A DNA stretch of 64,000 bases from Antedon mediterranea. Taxonomy: Eukaryota; Animalia; Echinodermata. The notes beneath the pieces are model-generated. The model was not told the DNA's origin. It saw only the letters and a list, made by a program, of their open reading frames with translations, and made no database searches. Position numbers and translations under genes: made by a program. The stretch lies in contig NC_092679.1 in NCBI RefSeq assembly GCF_964355755.1, positions 4,060,201 to 4,124,200 on the forward strand, given 5' to 3'. Positions 39,493 through 53,360 of this stretch are shown here, piece by piece (position 1 is the stretch's first letter; each line of letters starts with the position of its first letter).

Positions 39493-40375
39493 ACTTTTCT
39501 GGCTGTTTACTTTATCGTTTTATTTAGCTTTTCGATTTTTTTGTTGTATCTCTATTGAGATCCAGCCACTGATACCCACAGCATTGTCATTTTTTTCAGT
39601 AATTTGCATTTGGATTTATATATCACCGGGCGGTTTGGAATTTATTTCTATGCCTGTTGTGTTTATATATATGTTATATATATATATATAGAATTAATGT
39701 TCTTTGCCTGATTTGTTTATATATATATAAAAGTATCTCTTCGGAGATCCCGCCTCGTGAATAAAAATACTGTAAGATGAGGGCGTATCAATTTGATCTC
39801 TGGTGCGCGTGCGTACAACTGAGGACTAGTGCTGTTCCGCCGTACCACGCCGAGAATGTTAAAGAGTCGCTATCCAGTCGAGTTCGAACAATACCATGAA
39901 AATGGTTAGGAGTATTGAATTTGCAACCCACTGATTAATTACGTATTGAGTTAATTTGTATTTCGGGTTTCTTAAAGGTTATTTTTAAACAGAATTTCGT
40001 CCGATCTGAGACAACAATTTAAATTGTGGAACATCTATATTGAAAAAAAAAAAACCTGAAAACTGAATGCATATCCATTTCGTTGCATGCAAAGAACAAT
40101 GACAAAATTGCAATAATCGTAAAACTGATAGTAAAACCATGTATAGATCCATAAACAAAACAGTATGCCTCAATTCAAAAGATTAAATACCATTTTTATT
40201 TATCGTTCCGACTATATATAAAATCAAATCTTACTAAACATACTGGGTATATTGAATATTATAGCCTCTCATTTACCAGTTGGCTTTATATTATAATCTT
40301 AAAGAGAAATATGCATATTTTCTTTAGATTTAGAACTATAGAAGGAGAATATCAAATTAAGATATTGGTTTAAAT

Positions 40376-43300
40376 TTATAAAGTTGAATACACATTTTCA
40401 ATGCCTTCTATGGCTTCTATATCTTCTTCCACGCACTTGTTTTCCAAATTATCCATTGTCTCATATAGGCCATAGTTTTCGTCAGTGTTCTTGTTAGCTA
40501 TAGGAAAAAAAATAAAACCAATAATAATATCCAATTTTAGTTAGTTATTGACGGTTTAGTTGCATAAGTACAATCTGTCTTATTAAGATATATGGTATGT
40601 GTGAGAAGCAGATATTTAGTAGAATTACTTACCTCTGTCGGCCTTCACTTTTCTTTGTATGATAAATATTATGAATACCAAAACAACACACCCTCCACAA
40701 ATACCTCCGATGACGTTGGCCAAATTACCTTCGTTCTTAAAAAAAAAGGTTAAAATGAATACTGTGTAGTAATTTTTATGTATGATACATCGTAAAACAA
40801 AGTTAATAAATAGATTGAAGAGTTAACGGTACCGACTAACCAACTATTTTAGGAAAAATAAGCTTTAGATTACGAAAAAATTGTGTAAATTCTATAATGT
40901 TTACCTCTTCAGGTGACTTCTCTTTTGGTATTGGTGTACTAGAAGAAACTTAAGATAAAAGACAAGAAGTGTCAAAATATGCATCTTAAACGTATTATGT
41001 GTAGCATGAATTTCCATAGATTGAAATGACATTATTGTGGAAACATAATGTAATTGAATTAATTATGTTATGATATATTGTAACTTACAAGAAAGTTCAC
41101 TGCAGATCTTTGATCCAATGTCTGCTTCTGTATAGCCATCACACTTCAGACATTCCGTCTGTCCTCTCTCAGGCTGGTAAAATCCTTGTGGACATTGCTC
41201 ACACGCTGCATCCTTTCCATGATAAGACCCGGGTGGACAATTTGCTAAAGGATATATGAATATGCTTAGAATGGATTAGTGGATTAAATACACTGACGTT
41301 AATACTAATACAAACAAGTGTAATAAATAAAATTATACAAATATAGTGAAATAACCATCAATAAACTATGTAAGAAAAAAATCAGAAACACTCCTCAACA
41401 ACTGTTATTGATTTATAGCTTACGACAGATATTTGATCCAACGTCAGTATTAATGTAACCATCACATTTCAGACATTCTTTTTGTCCTTCTTTGGGCTGG
41501 TAAAACCCTACTGGACATTGCTGACAGACGGCAGGCAAGTTATTATTTCCACGATACGATCCGGGAGGACAGTTTACTGAAATAAACAAATAAAATGTCA
41601 ATAGGCTAATTAGAAAATGCATTTTTTTTAAGAGAGCGAAATTTACAAATAGAAATCATGTTCAGAAAAACAGTAAAATATGCAGAAAAACAAAACACAA
41701 AACAGGCTATAAATCAACCACTTTTAAAACTCACCACAAATATAACCGTCGACGTGCGCGTATTGATTGTTTGGACAGATTGGACCGTTTAAACCAGAAT
41801 TGAAGCCTGTCACTTCCAATACTTCACCTTGATGTTCAAATAGTTCACCTGGACTCAGCAAGTTCTGAAGTTGCACAACTTTGTGAAGGATATCGTCAAT
41901 CTTATCTTTTACCCGTTGCGCCGAATCCTGACGACTTGCAGTTACGATATCAATAGATGATGCAGCGATACTTTTTATTTCGAACGTTATCTTTCTGAGA
42001 AATGTTTTCCCTTGTGGATTGGACTCCTGATAGTTGAGACGTTTTACTTCAGGATCATTATTACTAATGACTTTTGCAATAGTATCTTCCAAAGATGCGT
42101 TTGGTGACTTGGAAGAAGAGTCTACTCGATAAAAGTCTATGGTTATATTGTTTGAGAATTCCGGAATCGATATGTTAAGAATATGAAGTCTAGCAGCATT
42201 TGAAAGCACTCGTCCGTGTTCATTCCATGCTTCGCACGTATACCATCCATCTTGGGTAAAGTCTAGGCTTAATATCTCAATACTTGAACTATTCTGCCCT
42301 TGGATGGATTCTATATCTGTTGACAACGACTTCTGAAAATACCATTGATAGTCTGCTAGTGGCTGAGCTGAGGCCTCACAGGTGAAGTATGCGCCTTCGA
42401 TATTGCCATGTTCAATTTCGGTATCTTGGGGATTCTCGCTGATAAAAGGAGCAAACTCAACTGTGACGTCACATTGTAACGACGACACCGACGTCACTTC
42501 ATTGGAAGCCTGGCAAGTGTAAGTACCAGAATGAGATGCGTTTGCCTGTTTTATAGTTAATGTGTTTGAATTTATTCCCTTCAGTATTTGACCATTGAAC
42601 ACCCAAGCAAATGTTGGCAAAGGAATTCCAGTTGCTTGACATGCCAGAGAGAAAACCTCTCCTTCGACTGCTATTATTTTTGGTTCTGGATGCTGAGTGA
42701 TTATAGGCGCTTCTAAGCATACATCATTAGAATCTTTGAGAAAGGCAACCTGATCTAGTACAATTGTCGCGCTTATTTCTGCCTCATCAGCACTTGACGA
42801 ATTGCTGTTAATAAAGGTTGATACAAATTTTTCGAGTTCAATAACATCTTCATAACTTTCTCTACCTTCTGACAAATACTTTATAGCAATCAATTCAGTC
42901 GTTAAACAGTCGTAGAACCCTTGGCAGTCCGTCAGACCACTGGAGTTATACGTATACGTGTCCATTATAATTTCCCATTTAGTTAGAACATCGCCATCAA
43001 GTAATGATTTTGTGTTGTTTGCCTTCATCTTCGCAGAATCAATAACTTTTGTTAAAGTATTTTGTTCAACTCCGTCATCTTGATCGGCGTCTTCTAAATC
43101 ATCCATAGTCAAGTTGAAATACAGCAATGCACTGCTATTTACAACACGTGGTGACGTTGATGATAGATTGTACAAGTAGTCGTTTTGAAACTTCTCTTCA
43201 TTTTCTAACGCATCAGTATTAGCATCTTTGCTGATATTGACAATCTCTAGCAGCGTTTGGAATGAACGTTCAATAAAACCCAGTATGTTGTTATAGTCTG

Positions 43301-46300
43301 CGCACCTCTCTTCATTTTGAACGACTCTTTGATCTCTCTGAAGACTGCTGGTAATGTTAAGATCTAGTGAGTCGTTGGTTGGAGTATAAGATATTGTTTG
43401 CATAGGTGGTTGTTCAATGATGGTAGTAGTATTGCGTTTCTTTCGAAGTCCAATATGTCTCGTGTCTCTTCGTCTTCTAATTGATCTTGATATATCACCA
43501 AACAGTTCTTCTGTAATGAAGAGTGCAGCATTTTCAATAGTGTAATTCAAATTGTTGACGTCAATGAACACTTGAATCTGTACTGGTGTGGATGACAGCG
43601 TTAAGAAACAGACTATTGGAATGGTAGTGTCTTCTTCAACTAGATCAATGTTAAATTGTAGTTCTTCTAACTTTAAACTTTCTTCGAGTGATCCGTTGAT
43701 TTGGTTTTGCTTTATGATTAGCCCTGCTTCAACATCGTTACGTATTTTGGTCAATGCATCTTGAGTATTGTTGAGATTTCTCTGCAATGCAAACACTCTG
43801 TCTGATACTACCTTGTGTTTGTTCAATGCATCATCAAGTTCGATTGCAGCTTCATTCAATGCTGCTTCTGCAACGGATGCAAGTAAAACAGCATTATCGA
43901 ACTCTTCAATTGGTAGAGCGGGGTCAGGTGTTCCATCTTGTATTATACCAAATAATTTACTTCGATGTTTTCGACATTGTTGGTTTCTGTTAACACAATT
44001 TGAATCTGGAAGTTGTACACTGCAAGGAACTTCTACTGTTTCAATCGTTTCTATCTGACCTACGACCTCATTTCTAATACAGGTGCTACATGACAGAAAC
44101 ATAACTGTTATCTCAACCGGTTTTAGACCCTCTTCACAACATTCACCTTTTGTATACGAAAGTCGACCGCCTCTCTTTACTGCGGTTACAACATTTATTG
44201 CTCCATCAGGGTTGTTATCAGTATAAAAGTTGTAATCAGCAGCAGTATGCCTAACGATTTTAACTAAATTAAAACCGATTTTCTTAACCACCGTAGGGAT
44301 CCAACAAATCCAGCAACAACTAGTTCTCTTATTAACAACGATTGATACGTCTCCTTTACTACAACATTCATATGGCACGGATGCATAAACATCTTCTGTT
44401 TCAGTAACAATGTTACTTCCTGGTACGCATACTTTTCTGCATTCCTCAATGACGCATATATTGTTAAAGTTTTCTTCTAACTCCTTTGTATCGTTGCGTG
44501 AATTTTTCAAAGACTGTCGTGCACTTTCAACTGCAATGTTTGCTGCCACAAAGTCTTCAACTGCAGAATCATGTTTTTGTCTTGTTTTAACAACATTAGC
44601 ATTTTTTACAGCTTCATCTTGCAGAGCATCATTCAGTTTTAATGTTGCGGTTTCAACAGACTTGGAAGCTTGGCTAAGCCTTTGTTCACTATCATCAACT
44701 GATTCCTGAGAAATTGAGATAATTTTATTTTTGAGGATTCTTCCCAATGATAATGGTCCTTCAGCAGCAATTTCACCATTTACAGATAGAACCATTGACT
44801 CGAATGAGCTCAATTCTGAAGTAGCATTTCCAACCATATCAAATAAGCCCCAAAGTTTACCAGAAAAGCTAAAGTAGGTCCCCATCATTTTCAGTAACAT
44901 AGTTGTCTCTTGTTCGATTCCAAGGAGTTCGACATACACGGGAATACTTCCTTGCCAGTAGTTGCTGTTGGATTCAAATGTTAAACTCAATTGCGATCCA
45001 GTCTTGACACGGATGAACTGATTGAGAATTTCAGTACTAAAGTACTCTCCTGATATCCAGACGGTCTGTGTGTGTTGACACTCTTTCTTCATAGAATAGA
45101 CGACTTCTAGCTCTAACGATGGAAAGCAAAGAAATGATGACAAACAAACTTCAGAGAACACACGAAAACCTGACCCTGAAGTGCTTTCATAAGCGAAAAC
45201 ATTTTGTACTTCAACAAGAACTTTATTGCTGAGATTCTCTAATCGCCTGATTACATTTAGAACATTGCTTGGATTGGAATTGCTAAGCAGTTCATCATTG
45301 ACATTCCACAGAGTTGTTAAAGTTAGTTTACACTGCATACGTATTTCAGCCAAAGAGTTGGCAATCAGTTTCAAATCTTGCTGAAATAACACTGGAAAAT
45401 ACTTTTTAATACTGGCATTCAAATCAGCGACTACATATTTAAGATCATAATACAAATTATCATAGCCATCAACCATTAACTGCTCAGCCATTGCATTTAG
45501 TTGGGGCGATATGTTTTGTAGATCATATATAAGGTCTGTCATGTTGTTAAGATCAGTCGGAAGTTCAAGCTTCGGTGACAAGTCGTAGTCTACAAACACC
45601 TCTACATTAGACTGGTATGTCTTAAGCAACCAGGAGAAAGGTGTGTCGTCGAAAACACCAAATGACGTTGATGAGTTCATTCTTATTCCTCGATCAGATG
45701 AAAGTGACTCATCTACAAAAAATTCCAAACAGATATTAACTTTCAAGTGTTGGAATTGTTATTAGATTATAGATACTGTATTAAGTATCGGTTGGGGAGA
45801 ACCATTTCCTTAAATGTGTCTATTTTTCTTTTAAATATGTATTATAGGAAACTAACCGCCAATGTTGGAGCTCAATGTCGGTAAACATGCTTGATTTGAA
45901 ATGAAATTCAATTCTACGTCTTCGCCAAGCATTCTCCAGAATAGGCTAATTTCTGAATCCCCAAATTGCTGCAACGTCCAATGTTGTACAAACAGATGAC
46001 TAAATAGCTGGTAAAATAAAATATATTATTCACATCATTGAAACATATTGTATATTTAAAAAAAATGTATGTATATGTATAAAATGCTATGGATTTAAAT
46101 TACAATAAAAAATGCCAAAAAATACAAAATACCTGTGTAACATTTTCAAGAAAAACATGAATATCCCCAGTACCTTCGACTTTTGCAGACACGGTGTTGT
46201 TGATGTAGTAGGAGTATTGTAGATTGGCCAAAATGGCGACATTTTCATTGTCATCACTTGGATTGAGCAGAAAAGACTGAAATCGTGTATCATTACTCTT

Positions 46301-49300
46301 CCTTGTATTGAGGATATAAGATTTTGAAAACGCAAGGAAATTGACATAAACTTCAAGGGAATCATCACGATTAATGTCCATGACGTAACTTAGAATATCT
46401 CTTGAACTTTCTGGAAACACCATCATCACAGTTCCATACGTCATTTCACAAACACCGACTACAAAACAATATTTTCCTTTGAACGGCGGTACTGGCAAAG
46501 ATACAAGTCTGCCACCGATGGTCAAATCTGCCTTTGAGAGTAAGATGACAGAATACTGGTTGTCACTGGTAACGGGTGCAGATGAACACCATTCGATTGA
46601 TTTTACCTCAGTACCACTAAGACTCAGTGTTGACAAAGACGTTTTAGCATTCAACGGATCCATATCAGCAGATATAAACGTCATCCAGTCTGGCAAAATA
46701 TTTTCAAGTTGGCGGGTATAATTGCGATACAAAGAGTTAAACTGAACAAAGCTTTGAATATTAGCCAATGTTATATCTTTACTTTGACAATTGTCACGTG
46801 GTGATGACGTTGTCAAACTGCTTCGAATCGTCTGTCCGTCAAGACTAAGCGGCAGTTCGAATGTGCGTGTTGCCATTGATACAACTCCATTAGTAGTCTC
46901 CAAAGAAGGGCTATTGCTCTTTGTCCATTCCTCGGTAGAGGCATAGTCTAGTTCTGTAGGCCTACATGTGGAACGATCCGATAGTACAAAACATCCAGAT
47001 GGCAGACGAAAGCCTGGTGTAAATCGGTCGTCAAGACTTCCCTGTGTGTTGTTTTGTAACACGAATATTTCGTCGTCGCCTGGTGTAATAAAATCGACTG
47101 CTTCTTCCCCTCTCAAGACATATGATATCTTGACAAACCCCTGACTATCTCCGCGAATAGAACATGTACGCTTATTTTGTGTTGAAGAAAATGATAACTC
47201 TTTTGGTACAATATCCACCTTATCAGAATCTGTTACAATAGTTAACTGAAGTGCTTCCATTGGTTTGGCAATGAATTCCAAATAATAAACCTCTCCTACC
47301 CAAACGTCTGGCCAATCAGGTGTTGTTACGAATCCTTCTGCGCATGTCTTTCCTGTATAACCAGTCCCAAAACAGTCACATGCATATCCACCTACCTCAT
47401 TTTCCGATGCCTGGCAAAAACCATTTACACATGGATATGGCGTACATACCTGAATTTCTAGAATTAAAATAATTATTTCTTTCAACAGAACGTTTTGGAG
47501 AAAAAGTAACACAATACGTGTACCTAACCCTGAATAGTTTTAGAATAAAAACTGTAAGTTCTTTTTTAAAAATAACATATGCCACCCTATCTATTTCAAA
47601 CAGGAAGACTTTAAATTATTATCTTTTTTTTAATTGATGGGCGTGTCATTGAAGCCAAACCTTAAAATCCATAAGGCTTTTAAAAACGGGGTCCGATTGA
47701 CTTGCGAGCTGCGCCATCTTGTTTTATCTTTTATTGAGAGAATTGAACCATTGTAAAACTTGAAGTATCTTACCAATACATTTTGGAAAAGTGCTATTCC
47801 AAATGCCAGACAGCAGACATTCTGTAACAATATTTTCTTCCAGGAAATATCCGGAATCACAACCAAAACTACATTGAATTCCTACTTGATTCTCGCACGG
47901 ATAAATGATGTATCCATTGGGATCCGAGGGAATTTCAAGACATAGAATCTCTGAAAAATGATAAAGAAATATAAATATATTATTCGAAGGTGTTTGAATC
48001 ACCCAAAAGCTTTAAAACATTAGCGTATATAGTATTATGCAACTGTTTTTCTGTATGTAAAGCCAAAGCCTCTGAAGATACGTCGGTAGGGATGTACATT
48101 AATAATCTTATATTCATACATACTTTGATGATTCGTTTAAAACAAACCTTCACAGCGTGTTGTACTGCCACTCCACACACCGTTTGGTAAGCATTCTCGC
48201 ATGTCGGATCCTATTAAACGATAGTTCCATTCACATTCAAATTTGCATGTTTCTCCTGTTGTAAATCCGCTACAAGTTCGATTTCCGTGAAATACACCAA
48301 TTTCAACACAAGGGTTAGCTGTTCAAAAACATGATGATTGTAATCAAAATTGACATTTGGAGAACGTATTAATGTTTTGTAGAAAATACCGAAGCATATT
48401 TCTATTTTACTGAATCATATTATTACATCCATTTTAATTACATGTAAATGACAATAGCTTATTCCATAAACTTTATATCTACACAAAGATCTATATCTAT
48501 AAAAAAAAGATCTACAATCTATATATTATATAACATGTTTACAATGCACAACATTTGATATTTCTTTAATTAAAAGGTGACAAAGAGAAGTAACCAACAA
48601 ATATAACAGTTACCCGTGCAGTTTTTCTTATCTGGATCAAGTGTCCATCCATCTTTGCAATCGCAGCTGAAGCTACCGATTGAGTTGGAACAGATTTGCT
48701 CACAACCGTCTGTACCAACGCTACATTCATTAACATCTGATGATACATAATACAAAAATACATTACAATTCTATTTGAAAGCGAATGGAGATATATTTAA
48801 TTTAAAGAAATGTCAGTAGATGAACAGTAAAAGTAATGTGGTGTTGTAAGAAAGAAGTTGTTTGTATTGTAGCGAGAGGACGAATCAACAACAAAATAGT
48901 AGCAGTGAAATAGAAGTATGGATAGTGGAAAACGTTTTGTTACTTTGATGATTTGAGTTCTCCTTACCTTCACAGTTGTATGCATCGTAGGCTTCATATC
49001 CTGTGTGACAAAGGCACTCAAAACTACCATGTGAATTTGTACAGAAGTGACAGCTTGCGAAGGAGCATTCATTGATATCTGAAGAAAAAATTGAATATAG
49101 GATATATATTGAGCAAGAAGCTAACCATTTCAAAACGACAGATCACAGTTTGGAATCCCGCGCGCTGGAGGTTCCATCATTAATAGGCGTTTTTTTCTTC
49201 TTTTTTTTCTCTTTGCTCTTCCTTCTGTATATATAATAGATGTGTCTTAGTTTTGTTCTGTTGTTGTAGGCTTAAATGTTTGACTTTTGAATAACTATGA

Positions 49301-52300
49301 AGTGTTTGTATACCTGTGCAGTTAGTTGTTCCAGAATATCCTTCTGAACAATAACATCTAAAAGTTCCAGGAAGGTTTTCACAGTAATGTTCGCACCCGG
49401 CGTTGTTAAGTTCGCATTCATCCACATCTATTACAAAAATATAAATTATATTCAAAATGTATATAATGTTTATCATATCATATTATTTATTTTGCCACAA
49501 AAAAAACCGTACATTAAAACAGAACAAACGTCAATCAATCACTCAAAGATTAAAACATTTAAAAAAAAAAGTTAAAATTACGTTTTGGAAAAAAGTTAAA
49601 ATTGCAAATATCTGTCAAATGTGTTTTTGATTGGAAGTCATTAATTACCAAGACTTCGCCGCTATTAATTCCAATCACAAAACACGTTTATCTGTATGAC
49701 GAGGGAAAACGAAATTGTTCTATTTATACTGTACCGCACTGTTTAAACTAAACTCAAAGTAAGTTATTTTATGTATAATATTTACCATGTTCACAACTGG
49801 TTCCTTCGAATCCATCTGGACATTCACAGTTATTGGGTCCGGTACACTGGCCGTTGTTCTGGCACTGAGGCTCACAAACGGCTGTAAAAATGAAATGATA
49901 CGAACGTGATTAATAAGATCAAATTCTCCTACTGTAGTGGAAAATAGGCTTTACGCATGACCAAATGAGAACACCAATGTTAAGGTGCAACATGGGACCA
50001 ACATTTAGACAAGAATTATTACATTATTTTTATATAATTCAAATTGTCATTGGATTATTATAGATTAATTATATCAATAATAATAATATATCAATCTAAA
50101 GTGCCTTTACGATAATAGTATTATTTAACCATATGTCAGTTGTTTGTTTTACTTTTGTACCGAAAAATGCAATTCATCCAGACAGCCATGTTGTTGACAG
50201 AGCCTGTTTTTATGTATCTATATATTTACTGGATAAATAACTGATGGTATTGATAGATTATATTAAAAAGAATTATAGTACGTACGTTCGCAGTCACGCC
50301 CATTTGGTTTCAACACATATCCCGTGTTACATTCACAATAGTAACTTCCAGCTGTGTTGCTGCAACGGTGTTCACAACCACCGTTGTTGCCTCTACATTC
50401 ATTGATATCTTAAAAAGTTAAAAGAATCGCTCCCTTAACAATCAGCCGAGCAGCTGCCTGGCAGTCGGTCTTTTTTGTTTTATATACTGAGTTGTTTCTG
50501 TTGTATGTGTGTGTGTAAACATTTTGACTATTGTAACAGTATTTTACTATTGTTTGTTCATACAAATTTGATTATGTTTTTCCCCTTTAAAAGTAAAAGT
50601 TCAACAGTTTGTATCATCAAATCCTTTTTTCTTTAAAAAAAACACCTTGTTTTGGTGTGTGCCATGTTAATTGTGTATCCAAATAAAATGTAATACTATT
50701 AGTTACACCCTGCTTGTTCACGGAATACGGGAAATATCTACGTTCTAGTTCCATATTCCATGAGGCCGAACTCTTAGTGTACACATATAAGCAATTGGAT
50801 AAGAGACAAAGAAGAAAACAAATATATACAGTATCTTGTGTCATACATCATCCCCACTTTCCTCTAAATATGCCCGAAATGCCCTGGCTGCTTTCAAATT
50901 CGCTTTGATTGTGTTTTTCGGTGTGCTAGATGTTTTTTTAACCGATATTTCTTCCCTTGAATGGTGTTGAAATCGACGACCTTTATTTTCATCCATTTTG
51001 ACCTCTGGCTATCACAACAACAATAGGGAGCTTTCGACGATTACGATTAGCTTTTTTTACGGACCGTCGAATACGGGTTCATATTCGATGGTTGAAATCA
51101 CAACTACGCATGCGCTCAACGATAAAAATACAATACAATACAAACAACGCGCGCGTAGAAACATCAGACAGGTAATACGGGATATATTCTACCATTCTGA
51201 TCCGCTTGACTGAGTATATACGGAATTATATCTCATACATATTGACCAATCGGATTACAGAATTCACGTACACTAAGAGATAATAATGCATATTTTATGT
51301 TCAACTATTAAAGTAGTAAAGTTTGTATCATCTAATTCTTTTCCTTTAAAAAAAAATGTTTTTTTTGGTTTGTGCTATGTGTGTGTATCCAATTACATCG
51401 AATACTTAATTGGGCCTAACAATTCAGTTTCATTCATATTCGTTTCAGTCATCATAATTATATATTGTTTCTTTATTACTAAGTTGTAGTATTCAATAAT
51501 CTATATAGATAATTAATGACTCTGATTTCTCTAAACACAATAGTGAAACTGGTAAAACTGTTGTTATAAATGTAACTTACCAGAACACTGTGTTCCTTGA
51601 AATCCACTGAAGCACTCACAAGTGTCAGGATCCACGCATGTTCCACCAATGCCACAATTATCGGGTGGGCATATTGCTATAATATACCGTTATTTAAATA
51701 AATTAAATCAAAATAAAACATAGCAATAAAATACGTTTTACATTAAGTTTTTGAATATAAAAATGTAAGAGAAACTGTTCTGTGTTTTTGTTACTTAACA
51801 TTATCGTGTGTTTTGTTGCGGTTATAATTATGTTGTTTTTTGTGCATTCTGTATCAAATTGTTGTTTTCTACAGTTTTGCGCTGGACGTGTGCGCAAAGA
51901 AAGCATCGATTAATTTTTATACACAAAACAAGGCGAAATTCAGTTCGCAAACAAATTCATGACTTGGCCGCTTTCTGTATTTTTCTATCTTTAAACTAAT
52001 TAAATTCACCGCTTAAAATATATATCGTATAGTAAATATTATAAACTCACGAATTGTGCATCCTCTTGATCGATCTTCAGCCCAACCGCTACAGCAAAAG
52101 TATTTCGTTGAGTAAACCCTCCAATACTCGGTACGATATGCTCGACTGTATCGCCGACTGCATAGTTACCAACATCAATTAAAGTGACAATACATTTAAA
52201 TCGTTTAAATATAATTTTAGATTGCGAATAACAATATAAAAACATATACACAAGGTGCTCCTGGTAAACAAAGTCTTCGGGAGTGGAGTTGTTTAAAAAA

Positions 52301-53360
52301 AAGTTGGTAACAAGTGTTAAAGTATAACTACGACATTTGTAAATATACATGTACTGTATTGTCCAACAAATCATGAAAAACAAAAATGATTGGGAAAAAA
52401 AATTTGAATTGGTCATTTTGTAGTTTTAATAAAGTTATTATTTCAACAATTTGTTTCACCAATTATTTTTTTCATATGCATAATATATAATCATATATTT
52501 TAAGGGACAAGGCGCAAGAGATAAGTGATCTGTGTCTCTAGGTAATTCGAAGTAAAATGCTAGACTAAAAAATAAATTCAAATAACTAGGCATATAGATG
52601 TTGCGCTATAACAGGCGCAGACTCGTCCATCTGTAAATATTATTTAATCAGAAGATTGCTTCATACACAAAAATGAAGGGAATGAAATGTCACTCATTAT
52701 GCCTAAATTGGTATATGAAACCCATATTGTTACCCGTATGTTCTGCAGCGGCTCAAACCATGCCAGCCACAACTCCTGGAACCTGATGTTTGATGAGAGA
52801 CTGAGTAGGAGACTTGACGTGAATGCCGAACAGATACTTGCCTACTGCAAACATTTGCACTAAAAAATTAATAAAATAGTAATTTCTATGTTTGGGAATT
52901 CGGATTCGAATGTACGCGGTTGCGTTACCTGCTGCTCAAATGCACTGAAAGTTTTCACACAAACTGTTATTTCTTTTAAAACTTTTTATACACTTCTCGA
53001 ACAGGTGCACTAAATAATTGCCCAATACAATAATATTATGAAACAATGGCATTGGATGAAAAATATTCATAAAGATTATTGCAAAAAAAAACACTTAACA
53101 AATGATATTCCCGTAATAAGCGCATACGCTTTATTTTTACACAATTCCACAACGTTGTGCCCTACTCAATTACCTATCGTTTTACATTAAGAAATTTTAT
53201 ATTTAAAGGATTAAAAAATGACCAAACTCTTGATATCGGATTTAAACCTTTACACTTGAAAATTAACTTACCGTCCTGGTCTTGGGTCAGAAATAATAAC
53301 GTTAACAACTGATAACAATATTAACAACGAGAACATCATCATATCATACTGGATAATCAT
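40376..53360 (-). CDS. Large type-I membrane receptor, paralog A (signal peptide-EMI-EGF/cbEGF x6-sushi x2-EGF-unknown region-coiled-coil/Cys-rich-furin-Ig x2-GCC x2-TM-Tyr tail)
   Basis: Signal exon 53272-53360. EMI-like exons ~52735-52842 and ~52051-52159 (SCGW...RC...YRTEY...CCSGW). EGF exons between 48614 and 51677, sushi exons ~48149-48318 and ~47774-47950, exon ~46133-47449, and a 4-kb exon 41735-45712 with two I-set Ig domains. GCC/ephrin-receptor-like CPPGSY...C..CP.GFYQP exons ~41423-41576 and ~41089-41245. TM exon ~40633-40736; tail exon 40376-40497. Confidence 0.85.

Larger units (their letters stand above)
35864..39665 (+). mobile_element. Penelope-like retroelement 1 (5'-truncated, frameshifted, inverted pLTR), interrupted by a DNA transposon
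   Basis: RT C-terminal half (FRYIDDIF...FLD...DLFRKPT...SCHP) at ~36068-36515, a frameshift in an A-run, then a Cys linker and GIY-YIG endonuclease (VIYLIYCNICGKQYVGET...GLN) to 37143. 35864-36043 is the reverse complement of 39449-39623. TA-rich flanks. Confidence 0.92.

Noticed and set aside
52530-52631. Possible extra exon in receptor A
   Set aside because: It has stops in the required phase; the flanking exons already join in frame without it.
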